Shown: piece after piece, positions 12,796 through 26,504 of the stretch
How the letters are laid out: the number at the start of each line of letters is the position of its first letter
Numbering within the stretch: position 1 is the stretch's first letter
Source: Eledone cirrhosa
Lineage: Eukaryota
Assembly (NCBI GenBank): GCA_964016885.1
Contig: OZ024743.1
Location: 7,316,001 to 7,380,000, forward strand
DNA: 64,000 bases
Reading direction: 5' to 3'
Program-made: the position numbers and the translations under genes
The notes under the pieces: model-generated
What the model saw: only the letters and a program-made list of their open reading frames with translations
What the model was told of the DNA's origin: nothing
The model's database searches: none

Positions 12796-13114
12796 TGAAC
12801 TTTATGGTCTGAAATAGAATTTTTTCAAAACAGATATTAGACTGTCTAATTCAATTAGGCTTCTGCACATGCCTAAAAGTGCAAGCAGTAATATCCAATA
12901 AAATTTAGTACAATTTATGTTACATATTATTGGTTAAAAGTTGTTAGGGTTAGATTAGGGTTGGGTTTAGAGTTAAGGCACATGGTGGTCATGGTTGGAA
13001 AGCTGTTGTTGTGTTGAAATTTCTTTGAGATTTCAACGACTCAATTTTTAGCACAATTATAAAAAGCAAAATGAATTGGTTTTGAAAAACTTCTGTTTCA
13101 GACAGTAAGTTCCA
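12796..13114. mobile_element. Old MITE with ~36-bp imperfect TIRs and internal degenerate TTAGGG repeats
   Basis: GAACTTTATGGTCTGAAATAGAATTTTTTCAAAAC vs GTTTTGAAAAACTTCTGTTTCAGACAGTAAGTTC. Confidence 0.6.
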
Positions 13115-14125
13115 AGATACCCCTCAAATGAAATATTGATTTAATGGTCATGGTTGGAATGCCTTTATTTTCTTTGATATTATAGTGGGTTACTGAAGCA
13201 AATAAAATTTAAAGAGATATATGTTCTTATAGCAGCATATACACACAAACTAAGGTACACACAGAAAAAGTATTTTTCAGTTTCTGCTTAGGTTTTACAT
13301 TTTACTTCTGAATCATATGACCAATAACTAATTGTATCTCCTTTATTTACTGTTATTCATTCTATGTCTCTTCTTAACAGAGCAACACAGGCAGAAAACA
13401 AAGCAAAAACATCAAATATGATCAAATAACAATGCATTATGAGTTTCAACCCATAGTGAGATATGCCTGATTGAGAGCAGCGAGTATTTCAACAGTTGCA
13501 TCCTATAAAATCCTGTGATAGACACAATTACTGACAATTGGTTACACAGCCTATGATGACCTAAAACTTGGTTCTGTACACTGACTTATATTTCTTTTTA
13601 AACCATGAAATTCACGATTCCATTAGTCTACACTTTTCGAGGAAGATGTGACTTTCCTCTGACAGCAATGTAGGCTTGGTGCTCCAGGTTGGCCTGTGAG
13701 TCTTTCTTGTGGCAAAGAAATACCCAAAGTGATAAATGTCTAACACCCCAGTCTCATTCTATCCTGAATAAAATGAAACAAAAAACAATTTTGAATACAA
13801 TTAATGACCATACTATATCGATGAGTAGGTAATATTTACTCCATCAAGGAGATCAATGCCTTGGAGGAGCACTAAATTCCATTCCACATAGTTGAGAAGT
13901 TTACAGCATTTTTGTTGTGTACATCCCACATTAACAACTTATAACTGCCATTAAAGTAGCTTCTTTCAATATACAGGTTGAAGTCTTTAAATTCTGGACA
14001 CTAGTAAATGAGATGCTGTGTGGTATGTTCAGTACAGAACAGGTGGACATGTGTTTATATATATATATACGTGGGAAAGTAAAAAAATCGGAGAATAGAC
14101 CGTTAAAACATGTTTATTTAAAACA

Positions 14126-14165
14126 GCACCTACGTACGTTTCGCCCAGCTGGGCTTCTCAAGGGC
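14126..14165 (-). ncRNA. Minimal type I hammerhead, U3-A8 core variant
   Basis: GCCC-TTGAGAA-GCCC AGCT GGGC-GAAA-CGTACG-TA-GGTGC. Confidence 0.65.
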
Positions 14166-14769
14166 ATAAATAATCAAAAGTGTTCCTTATACGCTACTTG
14201 GCAAATAACTATATGTATCACCTATCCTCCCCTTTTTTTCTCTTTCTCGATACGTAAATACTGTATATATATATATATATATATGAAAAGTAATGTATAT
14301 TGATTAAACTTGATATATTATATTAGTATAATTAGCTTAACCATAACCAAATACTAGAGATATTCAATGGTCTATGGTAACTGATTGGTTGCCTCAATTG
14401 ACCTAATATTTGAATACAACGGTTTTTTCTACTTATTTACCCCCCCCCCCCAATCTCTTTTGTCGTTATTTCTTCTTTTTCTTCTTGTTTTTATATATAT
14501 TTCTTCATCTTTTTCACCCATCTATATATTCATTGATATATGTATTTTTTTATTTTTTCTCTTTCTTTTTCTTATATTTTTTTCTTGCATCTCCTCTTCT
14601 TTACACACTCTCTTATATCTCTAATTCGCTCCACGTCCTTTTCTTTTTTAAGTTTATCATATTATTATTTGTGGTATATAAATGTTCAGATTTGATGAAA
14701 TAAATCACTGCCAATACTGGAATTGAAATATCAAGACCGTAGAGGTAAGTCATATATCAAATCATATAT

Positions 14770-14833
14770 TTTATCTGACGAGGACGTACTGGAAAAAACA
14801 ACAACACAGTACCTTCGAAATATATATAATAAA
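14770..14833 (+). ncRNA. Type I hammerhead ribozyme (family shared with 29116-29178)
   Basis: TTTAT-CTGACGA-GGACGTACTG...CAGTACCTTC-GAAA-TATATA-TA-ATAAA. Confidence 0.8.
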
Positions 14834-14904
14834 GCATATATTTTGATTATGTGAATATCTTCATTTGTTAATATTTTGAATAATATATATATAGAGAGAG
14901 GTTA

Positions 14905-15170
14905 CAATATATAAATAGTGAGCGACGACGTCATGGTAAAGTAGCAAGCGAAGCCAACAAGAGAGAGATAGTGAATTTTTTTCAAACTTTACACATGTAA
15001 TACTTATAGTCCTGTGAGTGTTTTGAGCAAAAATTATTTCAAATTATCAATGCATTAGGCGATTTAGCGATCTCTCTCTATAATTCTTAGTCTTTCTTTT
15101 TAGATACATAAATATAACGTTGCGCCCTTATAATATCTGTCTGCATTATGACATTATGACGCTATATGTA

Positions 15171-15207
<37 letters not shown>

Positions 15208-15612
15208 GTGTGTAACGTTTTTCGAAATATTTACTTCTGCGTTCACAGATTAATTTTTTTAGTTTCAGAAGATCCCGTTAAGGGTGAAAGCAGCGATTCT
15301 TTGCTTAAACTTTAATCTGTTATTTTAATATATATATATATATATATGTATAAAATTATATATTCGTGTACAGATATTTTTACATACACAATAACAAAAT
15401 ATAAACAAAAGTATTTATTTCGCGATAAAATATTGATTTTCTTCGCACGGAAAAAAACCCTGGTAATCTACGACGAATTTTTTTTATAAGCACAAAATGT
15501 AGACACCATCCACCCCGAAGCATTCCGTACTTCTCTGTACTGTTTCAGAAAGGAGGGAAAGACATGCCAATCTATGTTTAGAATCCTGAGCAACGCCGGG
15601 CCATTCTGCTAG
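14905..15612 (+). mobile_element. Non-autonomous Helitron-like element
   Basis: 3' end CCTGAGCAACGCCGGGCCATTCTG-CTAG resembles the ends at 19038 and 35045; 5' boundary approximate. Confidence 0.55.
15261..15311 (+). ncRNA. Degenerate hammerhead (core CAGAAGA); truncated second copy at 32825-32880
   Basis: AGTTT-CAGAAGA-TCCC GTTAA GGGT-GAAA-GCAG...TTGC-TT-AAACT. Confidence 0.55.
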
Positions 15613-18077
15613 TATATTTTTTTAACGCTAAATTATTAATAACAATATACCGTATTTGCCGTATAATTTTAAAAATTATATTTTAAACATATTTCTCGAG
15701 TTTTATTTATTCGACAAATTTCAATTCGGTTATATAATGTTTGCAAAAAGAAAAAGAAAGAGAGGAAAAAATTAAATAACGAAAGCAAGGAAAAAGGTTT
15801 AGGGGAAGGGAAGGGAGAAAGGCAATGTTTAAATAAAAGAAGAGAGGAAAAAAAAAACTGTGTGGAAACTTAAGGAATATCAAACAGTACTAAAAAAACA
15901 AACAAATCCTAGTTTAAAACTAAAGAAAATGTAAAGGAAGGGGTGAACAACCGAGCCAACACCAGAGCAAAAGACAGCAACAAAGGGTACTGGGCGACCT
16001 CTCTATGACTTTTGAGGCCAGCCAGCACCCTCGCAGCGTTGCCTCAGGTGATGGCGAGGCTAATGCGCTGGAACAGCCAAGCGCCCTCGCGAGATTCGCC
16101 AGTTACCTCTATTAGGCGAGCCGCCAGTGAAGAGAGGAACCTCGCAGTCAGCGGCCCGACTCCCCCAAACGTCTCGAAAGCCACAGGCTGAAAAAGGTAG
16201 CTGGCCGACAGTTATATTTTGACATTTATAGGCAATTTTATGGACCACGTCTAATATACCCGGCTTTTCACTCTTCGCGAGTGTTCTAGGAACGTAACAC
16301 CCGTCAATACCGGGCGACTACTGTATTTTTGTTTCTATCAGACAAGTGATGAAAGTGGAGATATTTATTCACCATCGTTATTAATAAAGACAGAAGAGAG
16401 AAACATGGAGAATATTCCAGACCCCCCCCCCCCCATAACTTGAAAGTGAAAGTAATATTTTAGGAAAAAATGAAAGTGATTTTATGGAAACAGAAAGATA
16501 AAATGGTTTTACCCCACTCCAGCAGAAAGTGAAAGTTCTTATTGATATACATGATATTTATTGAAAAATATTTTATTTATAACTTGAATCTGTTCTCCAA
16601 AGAAACCCATTTGGGACATTTTTGACTGAAATCCCAGCAGACATATGGTGATAATGATGTAAACGGTAGATTGAAGCAACAAATAATGCGCAAAATCCTT
16701 TGTTTTTTTACCAACAACGTTTAATGGTCATAATACACGGAAAAGTGATTAGTATAATGAGCTATTCAAAACACTTTAATTACTGCTCACATATTTGCGA
16801 TCATGTGCTAATGAAATCTTAATTACGGACGAATTCATTACTATTTCCTGCATGTTTTATCCATATCCTTAATTTTTATTATTTGGTCAGTCGTTTGCGT
16901 CTACTTTTGTTACCATAATTATAATGAAAGACACTACTTACGATTATTTAAGTAAATTAAAAAGATAATAAAATATTTTGCGGGATTTAGGAAAATTAAA
17001 ACAAAAACAAACTTTTTTTCATCATTAAGTTGATGCTTAAAAAATTATGATGGAAGGATTTTAGATAAATATAAACACTTTAAAACAGGCAGTTCTCTAT
17101 TATAGGATTAAGGTTTCAGGTAATTTGATATCAAGAGGGTTATGAGGGCAACTTTTCTAAACGTCTAACCCAGGCAAGGGCTTTTCGAGTAGTGGGCCGC
17201 ACAGCATGTGGGTCATCATAAGGCGGGTAACAACACTACTAAAAAAATCCAAGGCAATTTTGAAATTAGGTTTGTTATTCAGAAAGCCAAACGGGCCACA
17301 GTTTTCCCATGGCTGATTTAATTCAATTAATTTATTTTTCTGGTGTAGGTAATCGTTCACAATATTTGAATGCATGTACGTATACACACATATATTATGT
17401 ACCCCAGCATGGCCTCAGTCTGCCGACTGGAACAAGTAATATGGAAGAGAGAGAGTGGTGCCTATAAACTGATATTTTCTCTAAATACCCAACAGGTTTG
17501 TTTAGTACTTTGTTGTATTATGTAATTTAAATACATAGATCTTATTTACTATACAATTAAGCGAGTAATGAAAACAACATTGGTTGTAGATAAAACTCGA
17601 TAGCTAAACAATTCAATTATTATTACAAGATAAACTTTCATCCTTACGGGGTCGATAAACTAAAGTACCAGTAATGCACTGGGTTATTTGCTGGCCTTGT
17701 GCCTAACGTAGAAACAATTATTACAAGATAAACTTATAGGAGGAAATGAATTACTCAAGTGATAAAATGTTTATAGAAGAAGACAATAACAGGATGCATA
17801 TAATTTTCTTCAAAACAATTTAGTGTTTTTATTATGTGTTTATATTTTAATTCTGTAAGAAGTATTCATTAAGTTTTGTGTCTATATTTTCATTCTGTAA
17901 GCATTACATTATTGACATTATTATATTCATAACAAAGTAATAATAATACTTTTTGGTGATAAAAAAAAAACATCGATGTTATTTATTCCTCGAACATATA
18001 GCTAAATTAAAGAAATGTTTCTCATCAAATTTGTTGAGTAATCTAAGAGTCATGTTTTTAAACTATTTAAAAATTAC

Positions 18078-18200
18078 CTGTTTCTTTGGTGACCGGTTAC
18101 CGATATTGGGAAAATTCATATTTGTAACAGTATAAAATCCCCATCTAACGAACGTGGAGCTGGCAACACTTTATGATTACAATAAAGGGAGATAACTATA
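18078..18200 (-). promoter_or_regulatory. Candidate promoter and non-coding first exon
   Basis: CAG|GTAATT donor at 18078; nearby CTGGCAAC (RFX-like half site) and AGGGAGATAACT; similar motifs near 12150-12280. Confidence 0.3.
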
Positions 18201-19037
18201 ATTAAAAAACGTGCATCCTGCAATATTATGCAATTACAAAAGATATTGCAACGGTGTTATTTTTAGACTTTTATATAAATTAGTATTTTCGTTTTTAACA
18301 GACAAGAGATATGAATGTATGATTATTTATACACCACCGATAATAATTATGATAGTAAAGCAGAATAACGGATTAGAAAGAAACATAAAAAGAATATTCT
18401 GGAACATTCCTTCGTAATAAGAATGTTTTGTTTGTTTGTTGCTAAACAGTATAACTTTCTAGAAATACTTGTCAAATGTTTTAGTTTAACTCCAATAAAT
18501 AATATTAATATGTTGCAGGTGATTAACATGACAGTTGAAAATTGCCAAGTGTTGAATGTCACCGGCTTGAAGTCATTTATAGTTTCGACATTTCTAAATT
18601 TTATAACACCGGGGAATATAACTTCTGGTGACTTACTCTCGGGTCCTCAATAATAGGGGTGGGGTGGGTGGACCTTTGCTTAAATTATCATAAGCGGGGG
18701 GTTGGGGACTGTGGGTGGTGGAATAAAGAGGGGGAGGGGTCGGTAATTATATAGTGTTCGTAAATATGGGCTTCTTGTAATTTTTTTTTGTCATATATAA
18801 TTTTTTTTTTATGTAAAATATTATTATTATTAAATTCTCCAGCTACTGTATAAATCACTTACAATAAAATTTCGCCGGAGATAGATTAGCAAAATTTAAT
18901 AAGCGGGGTGGGGACGATTATTCCAGACCAGAGAGTATATGTTTAGACCCGTTTTTAAGTTGCTGGTTCTAAAACTGATATTAGTTTTCCTCCTTCAGCT
19001 CAGCTTACCAAGATATGATATATATTTATATATAATA

Positions 19038-19640
19038 CTAGCAGTGGTTCCCGGCGTTGCACAGGATAAGGTATTTTGGAACGCGGGCCGCCAACAGACC
19101 TAATCATGGAAAAACTGCATGCCTGGACAATATGTAAAGAAAATAAACCGAATACTCTGATGGCTGGATAATCTTTATGATTTTCCTCGATAAAGCAGGA
19201 AAAATGCACGTTTTCACCTGATGCGGGCCCTAGGGGATCAAGAAAATGAATTTTTTTATGTGCATAATATGCCTTGAAATTTCGGGAAAATCGGCTACAC
19301 GTAACGCCTCAAAAAAGCCCTAAAAAGCTGAAAAATGACCATAAAAAAGTTGGATTTTCTTTGCTTACGGTATGAAGAAGAGACTGACTAATACATAGTT
19401 ACAATTTCAAGGAAATCGGTCTGACGTAACGCATCAAAAGACCCCTAAAAAACTGAAAAAACCCCCCTAATGCAGGCCCTAGGGGATTAAAAAGTTGAAT
19501 TTTTTATGTGCATAAACACTCCCTGAAACAAGTAATACACATGTAAAGTTTGAAAAAAATCGGTTGGGTACTTCTCGAGTTTTAGGGATTCACACAGACA
19601 GACAGACAGAGACAGACATCCTCAGTTTTATATATATAGA
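19038..19640 (-). mobile_element. Non-autonomous Helitron-like element
   Basis: Minus strand starts TCTATATATATAAAACTG, has a (CTGT)n tract, ends with a GC hairpin plus CTAG; similar copy at 35045-35670. Confidence 0.8.
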
Positions 19641-20489
19641 TATATATAAATCTTATATATATCTATTTAATTGGCAGAGAGTCGAATAGGATACTTTGTG
19701 GTATTAGTTCCGGCTCTTTACGTTCTAAGTTCAAATCCCGCCGAGGTCAGCTTTGCCTCTTATCTTTATACAATACTAGAATTTTTTTCCGTACACTGAC
19801 GCGTGTGTATGTGCATATGCACACATTTATATGTATGAATATATAAATATAAGCGTGCAAACGCAGACACGCTTACAAAAATACACACTCACAGACATAC
19901 ATTCACACAAATACACATACATTTACACAAACACACACATACATTCACGCAAACGCACACACATACATAGACATACACTCACACACAACGTAGTTTTTCA
20001 CCATCCCCTGCCTTCCTTTTACACACACATTTATGCAGGCAGCAGGCGTAAAGATAAAGGAATAGTATGAGGTAGTCAAACTACTCCTCTCTCTTTACGT
20101 GTTGTGACAGAATCGCAGAAATTTATACATAGATTATATAATTGTTGACTGGCAATCACTGTAGTTGCTACGTGAATATGATTAATGTCAGCCAAAAATG
20201 GTATAGAAAGACTGACTATGAAGGAGTGATGCTAGAGCTGTGAAACCTTGCATACATTAATTTCAACTCTTCTTATTAATAACTGCATTCAATAATCGGA
20301 AGAAGGGAGGTAGGTGTAAAAGCCAAACTCGCTTTCTTCAATTCGGTATTCGTGTCAGCCCTTACCATTGGTCATGAATATTGGGTAATGACCGAAAGAA
20401 TACGATCGCGAATACAAGCAGCCGAAATGGGGTTCCTCTGAATAACGTTACCCGATAGTGCGTAGCTCGAATATCATAGAATTGCTCTG

Positions 20490-21540
20490 AGTAGGGCCTC
20501 TGAATACGGGACTGTAGCCGGTTGCCTTGAGGACAGCGTCCAGGTATCGATGGTCGCCCCCTATCGAAAGCTTTGTATTGATCTAAATTTATCAGAGCCT
20601 CACCAAAGCCTGGTTAAATCCCTAGACTCTCTATGATGTATCGCACAAGGTGGTGGTTGTAGTGTATGGTCCTGATTGGGATTGTATGGTCCTGGTTGGC
20701 TCTTGACGACAAACGCCAACCTCGTTGCTAGCACCTTGGCCAAAATCTTAAACTCTGTGTTTAGCAGAGTTATGGGCCGGAAACTATCTAGAATGTCCTC
20801 CTTGTTCTCGTCTTTCCTCATCAGCGTTACTACGCCCCGACTCGCATAACTGGGAATTCTCCTATTTTGCTACCAGTTGCTGTAGACCGCTTCGAAGAGA
20901 TCGGAGAACAAGCCTGGCATATCTTCATAAAACTCATAGAGAAGACAATCCAAACCAGGCGATTTGTGCCTTGTACAGACGGCTACGGCTTCCCGTACTT
21001 TGATTGCTGTGATCGGCTTTTCGTAGCACCCCGAATTAGCCGCAGAGAGTCGTGGCAGTCCGTCGAGGTAGAAACTCTTCGAACACCCGCTCTCCCGGAA
21101 CAATTGAGCAAAGTGCTGTCGAAAAGCCGCACACAAATGCTCCTTACAACTTTTGCTTAACTGAAGTGGTGACCCGGTCTCTGTAGGCTTTTCGTGTCGT
21201 TAAATTTCCACTAACCGGGTCCCTATCTATGTGTTCTATGTAGAAAGGCTCCAGACGCCTGAAGAAATCGAGCCTTTCAGCCCCAGTGGGAGCGTAGACC
21301 GCTATCAGTCGAAAGGCACCACCTTCACTATTGCTTATGTCCAGCACCACCAACTTATCGTCCAGGTTCATGAAGATTGTCCGTACCTCGAGAGCCAGGC
21401 CTTTCTTAAACAGAACTGCCACCTCACCTCCCATCCCAGATAGACTAAGAGATGTGAAGATCTCATAGTCGTCAAAAATGAGGGCTAGTGCGCGTGTGTG
21501 GGAGATCCTGGTCTCGCTGACGGCAGTCACATCGACATCA
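20490..21540 (-). mobile_element. Internally deleted L1/Tx1-like LINE (APE endonuclease and RT pieces)
   Basis: AVSETR...RLIAVYAP, KSPGLDCLLYEFY, FRPITLLNTEFKILAKVLATRL. Confidence 0.85.
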
Positions 21541-24500
21541 ATTCATTACTGGTGCTTTATTTTATCGACCCCGTAAGGGATTCTAACTCAGAACGCAAAG
21601 GGCCGTACCTCTGTGCCACAAAGCATGTTGTCCGAGGCTCTACCGATACTGCCAATCCATCATCCAATTTCTTTTTTTGAGGGAGTGGGTGAGGAAGGAG
21701 AAAGTCGATTAAATCGACCCCAGGGAGTTATTTATCGACCCCGTAAGGATGAAAGGTAAAGCTAATCTCGGCGGGATTTGAACTCAGAACATGTTGCCCA
21801 ACGCTCTACCGATACTGCTAATCCACCGAATAATATTAATATGTATGTATGTATGTATATCATATTACATTAAACGATTATAGAATCAAACACTATTGAG
21901 CTAAACATAAAATGTGGAAAATGCGTGGGGAACTAAAATGCTGGAAATTCTCGAATGAGTGAAGGTTGACAAGCCTGTACAGCACCCCACCCACCAATAT
22001 TACAAGACAAGGAAACACTAATCGGTTTTTACAATACGGCCACAACTCGCAGCACTGAGTTATACAATCATTGATACCTACTTACCCAGTGATGGAGGTG
22101 GGTTTTAGGAGCCAGTAGTACACCATGGTGCGTGCGATAGAGGCAGGAAAGGAGGAATGATGTAGACTTTATAAACCACCGTGTGAAAAACTGAAAAGTT
22201 GCTAATGCCATTCCTTTCCTTTTGCGTTCCACCGTTCCCACCATAGTTACTTCGAATTAGATTTAAAAAAAAGGGAGTAGCGACGCTATGTACTGTAACT
22301 CATTCTCCGCCTCCAACCTTGCCACTTCGGCCGCAAACCGGGGCACCGCCGCCCGCAATGCCGAGGAGAGGAAGATAACCAAACACCGGGCTTGGTCGAC
22401 CGCCCGGTTATCGTCGAGACCTCAGGTGTCCTCGTTCATTGAACTGCTGTCTTTCTCTTCAAAATCGGGACGACTGCAGCCCGCCTGAGGAAGGAGCCTG
22501 TGAGGTAAAGTGTCACTGGCCATTCTCCGCTTTCGCTATTTTGTCCACGGGGCGCAGCTGAAGCATACCGCCTAGATAGGGTTGTGCAGTCTGTCACTCC
22601 GTCTCCACTTTCCTTTTCTTTCATTGCTTAATTTCTTTTAATTAGATTGACTGGACGAATGCCTTTATTATTTGCATCCCTTACAGTAACTGATTCGGTC
22701 TGCTGCGTCAAATAATATAAGCAATTAGTCGCAAATATTTTATGGCTAACACTATGAATTACTTGCTAGGAACGCAAAACTACTATCATTACTACTAGTT
22801 CTTCTTTATGGGCCTTCTCCCAGGCCAGGTCATACTGCTAAATCCCCTTCCACAGACTTCAATCAAATCTCGACGGATCTGCTTTGCTTCCTACGGTCTT
22901 GTCCAAGCTTCGTGGACATGCGCAGTACATGGCCAAGCATAGAAGATTAGTAGAAGATTAGTTTCTATAGCAATTTTGATTAATGGAGGCAAGGTTGCTA
23001 GGCTCCAGCTCCATTCTTGGTCCCTTCTCAACGCAGACTGAAAATTAGCGTAGCATTTCGAATTCAAGTGTGTGGTTGATGGGGTTCTGTAACTCTGGAT
23101 TGGGGCTAATTCCAGGAGCCAGTTAAGCCTGGAACTCAAATGAATTTACTATATTTTCAAAGGAATATTTAATAACATTTGATAATGACCAGTTTCTTTA
23201 AACCGTTTTCAAAGTGTGTGATAATGGGGTGTTACACATGTTAGTTATATCTGTACAAAGTGTGTGATAATGGGGTGTTACACCTGTTAGTTATATCTGT
23301 ACAAACGAATGTAAACCAAAGTATTCACCAGACATAATTTCGAACAACCAACAAGATCACTGTAATGTGATTTCATATACACAGTCTACTGACAGTTCAT
23401 TTCAGTTATTATTTATAGACATTTCGCCTAGTCCACTTTTAGTTACGCGGGGATGTTCAGTGTTTTCCCCGACAACAAAGTGTGAGTCTTGATTCCATCT
23501 CAACAGAAGATTCTTTCATACAGCTTCCTGAAGGTAATATACATAAGATGAATTCGATTTGAAATCTCATCGGATACAATAGCGCTCTTATTGTAAGATG
23601 CTTTTCCGGGTAACAAAAACGGGGGGTGTGCTCAATAGGGTGGGTGGTCGTGAATTGGGATTTGAAAAGTGTTGATTTTATTCTAGATTAAGATTGGACC
23701 AAGACCGTTGTTTGATTTTTTAAATATTTAATTCAAACCTGTCTCAAGTAGCTCGGAAATCAGAGAATAACTCCTGGTAGAACCGCTACTTCTCCGAATT
23801 GAGAGATCACAGCTCAATACTAAGGGCATGTGGTTAGAATGTCTCAGGAAAGAATCACTGGACAGATTTTACGGGCAAAACCAACTGGCAGGAGACTCAG
23901 GGGTAGACCCTGAGCAAGATGGTTGGGGATCCAGCCAGATCAGTTGAAAACGGTTGCTTCTGACAGAACTCGTTGTAAGGAGTGTTTGAAGACTCTGCCC
24001 CCACGACTCTCTCAGGAATAAGTGGGCGAAGAAGAAGAAGAAGAAGAAGAAGTCTCAAGTAGCCTGTTGATTTGTCGTTCTCTCCTTGTAACCCAAGTTT
24101 TCCTCAGATCCTTCTCCAGTTTTGAATTGTGCTCTACTAATATTATCCACCGTTATGCTTTTACAGTGTTCATTATTTAAACACATTATTAAAGCAAATT
24201 ACTTTGTTAATCAATTAAAAAAAATAAATTTTAATATCAATGGTTCATAAAACTAGTATTTGAGTTAATGCCCAAATATGTTGCCAGGAAGGCTAAAAGT
24301 TGATCTAGCTATCATTTTCCCCTTTTTTTGTGACCGTCATACATTCTATTCAACATTCTTTGCTCGTTCATAGTCCATACCTGAAAATGTTTGTAGCATA
24401 ATTTACCTGAAATGGTATGTTACCTGGTAAAACATTGGAACAATCGTTGAATACAGTATAGAGTGGTAGACCGTTACGTGGAGGTTGACATATTGTCCGA

Positions 24501-26504
24501 GTGTAGGAATCTGGAATTTCTGTGACTGATATATTTTAAATGTTGATTGGTTTTCACTAAATGACTTGTTATCATCCAGTCTGCACCCATTAACAACAAT
24601 GAAACTTTGTTGAAACAGATAAGCATAGATATGAAGCTTATTTTCCTGTAATTTTCCATAGTATAGGGCAGTTGATTGGCAGTATCGGCATAGCGTCGGA
24701 CAATATATTTTATGGCATAGGATCTGAGTTCAAATCCTGCCGAGGTTAACTTTACCTTTCATCCTTACGGGGTTGATAACAAGTACCAGTAATGTACTGG
24801 GGTCCATTTAATCGACTTTCCCATCCCCCCAAATTATTGGCCTTGTGTCTAAATCAGAAACCATTGTTCAATAATATATTTTAGACAGTCATTGCTAATT
24901 CCGGCTTCGTACATAGAGATATCAATCTTCATGTCCACATCACCAGTTGTTAACATGTAATAGCCACGACCATCATATGCCACCCGAGCACCATCTTAAC
25001 AAGAGCAATCCTTTCAAACTTCAATACTTGTATAGTCTCAAATGGGATTAAGTCTGAGGCAACAGTATTTTGTGAATTGTTAATTCTTAATCACCCCAAT
25101 AGTTAGGTATATCAGTATTTCATTTGATACATACCCAATGTACACTGTTATTTCCTAGCTTGGCTTCTTCCCTTGACTAACATTCTCGCCAATTCCTTCC
25201 TTGGCTACAATTCCTGTCTTTATTTGAGAATCACTGTTGTAGTGTTTATCACACATGTGTTATCATTATATTTCTTTACAACGTAATAACGTAATAACAG
25301 TTAATGTGGTGTGATAAACAAATAAATACATATATACCAGGTCCGAACATAATGGAACCAAACTCCCACTGTCAACTGCCTCTGTCTCTCCCGCTCACCC
25401 CATTTCTCACTATTGTGAGCAAATGGGGTCCCACGCGCTAGCCGCCCCGCGGCTCCGGTGGACAGAATAGAGAAGGCTTTCCGATGGAGTTATCATCAGC
25501 ATATAGAAGCTGAGAAGTACAGACATTTGTTCTTCCAGTTATTTTAAGTATCCAAAGGTTAAACACATTTCCATCATAATTGTTTCTACTTTTGGCACAA
25601 GGCCAGCAATTACCCAGTGCATTACTGGTACTTTATTTTATCGACCCCGTAAGGATGAAAGGCAAAGTCAACCTCGGCGGCATTTGAACTCAGATCGTAA
25701 AGGGACGTAACTATGCTGGAAAGCATGGCGTCCGACCCTCTACTGATACTGCCAATCCACCGCCCAATTTCCATCATAATGATACCGGATGAGACTTCAA
25801 ACCAATATTTGTGCGGATCAGCATTACATATATATTTTCTGGCTGAAAATTTAAATGTCCAATAGTGGCCTTTAGGAAGGTTGTATTGTGACAGGCGGGT
25901 TATTAAAAGATCGATGATTCTCTTTTTTATGTATACGTTTGGTCTTTTCACTACCCTCACACACACATCATCACCACACTACACCAGAATACACAACGCC
26001 GTACCACACAAAATATTTCATAAAACGGACGGACTCCTTGTCTACTCAATATTATCAGTTAGTCAATAGGTATATTTTCGTTATCTTTTCTTTAAGCATA
26101 TAATCTAATTTTATCAATATTAGTTATATCTATATAGTCATGCTCAGCCGAGGTAATTTTAATATATTTATTTAATCAATTTAAACGTCCATGCTGATCT
26201 GCTAAACCACGATAAATTGAGAAAGGTATCTAGTACTCCTTATAATAACAAAAAACAACAAAATACAAAAACAAAAAATAACTAGAGGGAGAGGGAGAGG
26301 GAGGGGGGGGGGAAGGGATGGAGAAAGAGATGGGCTAAAAGAAAAAAAAGAAGAGAAAAGAATGAAAACCAATGACAACGATAGAGTAGTTTAATGTTAA
26401 ATCTTTTCGTAACCTACGTTTTACGGAAGATGTTATTTACAGTTAGTAGTTCTTTGACGATACCCCCCCCCCCCACATTTAAATATATATATATATATAA
26501 TATA

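Noticed and set aside
15940-16250. GC-rich islands here and at 22290-22620 as exons
   Set aside because: No convincing splice sites or recognisable protein; more likely LINE fragments, unassigned.
23210-23304. 46-bp direct tandem duplication
   Set aside because: Simple local duplication with no structure or other copies seen.
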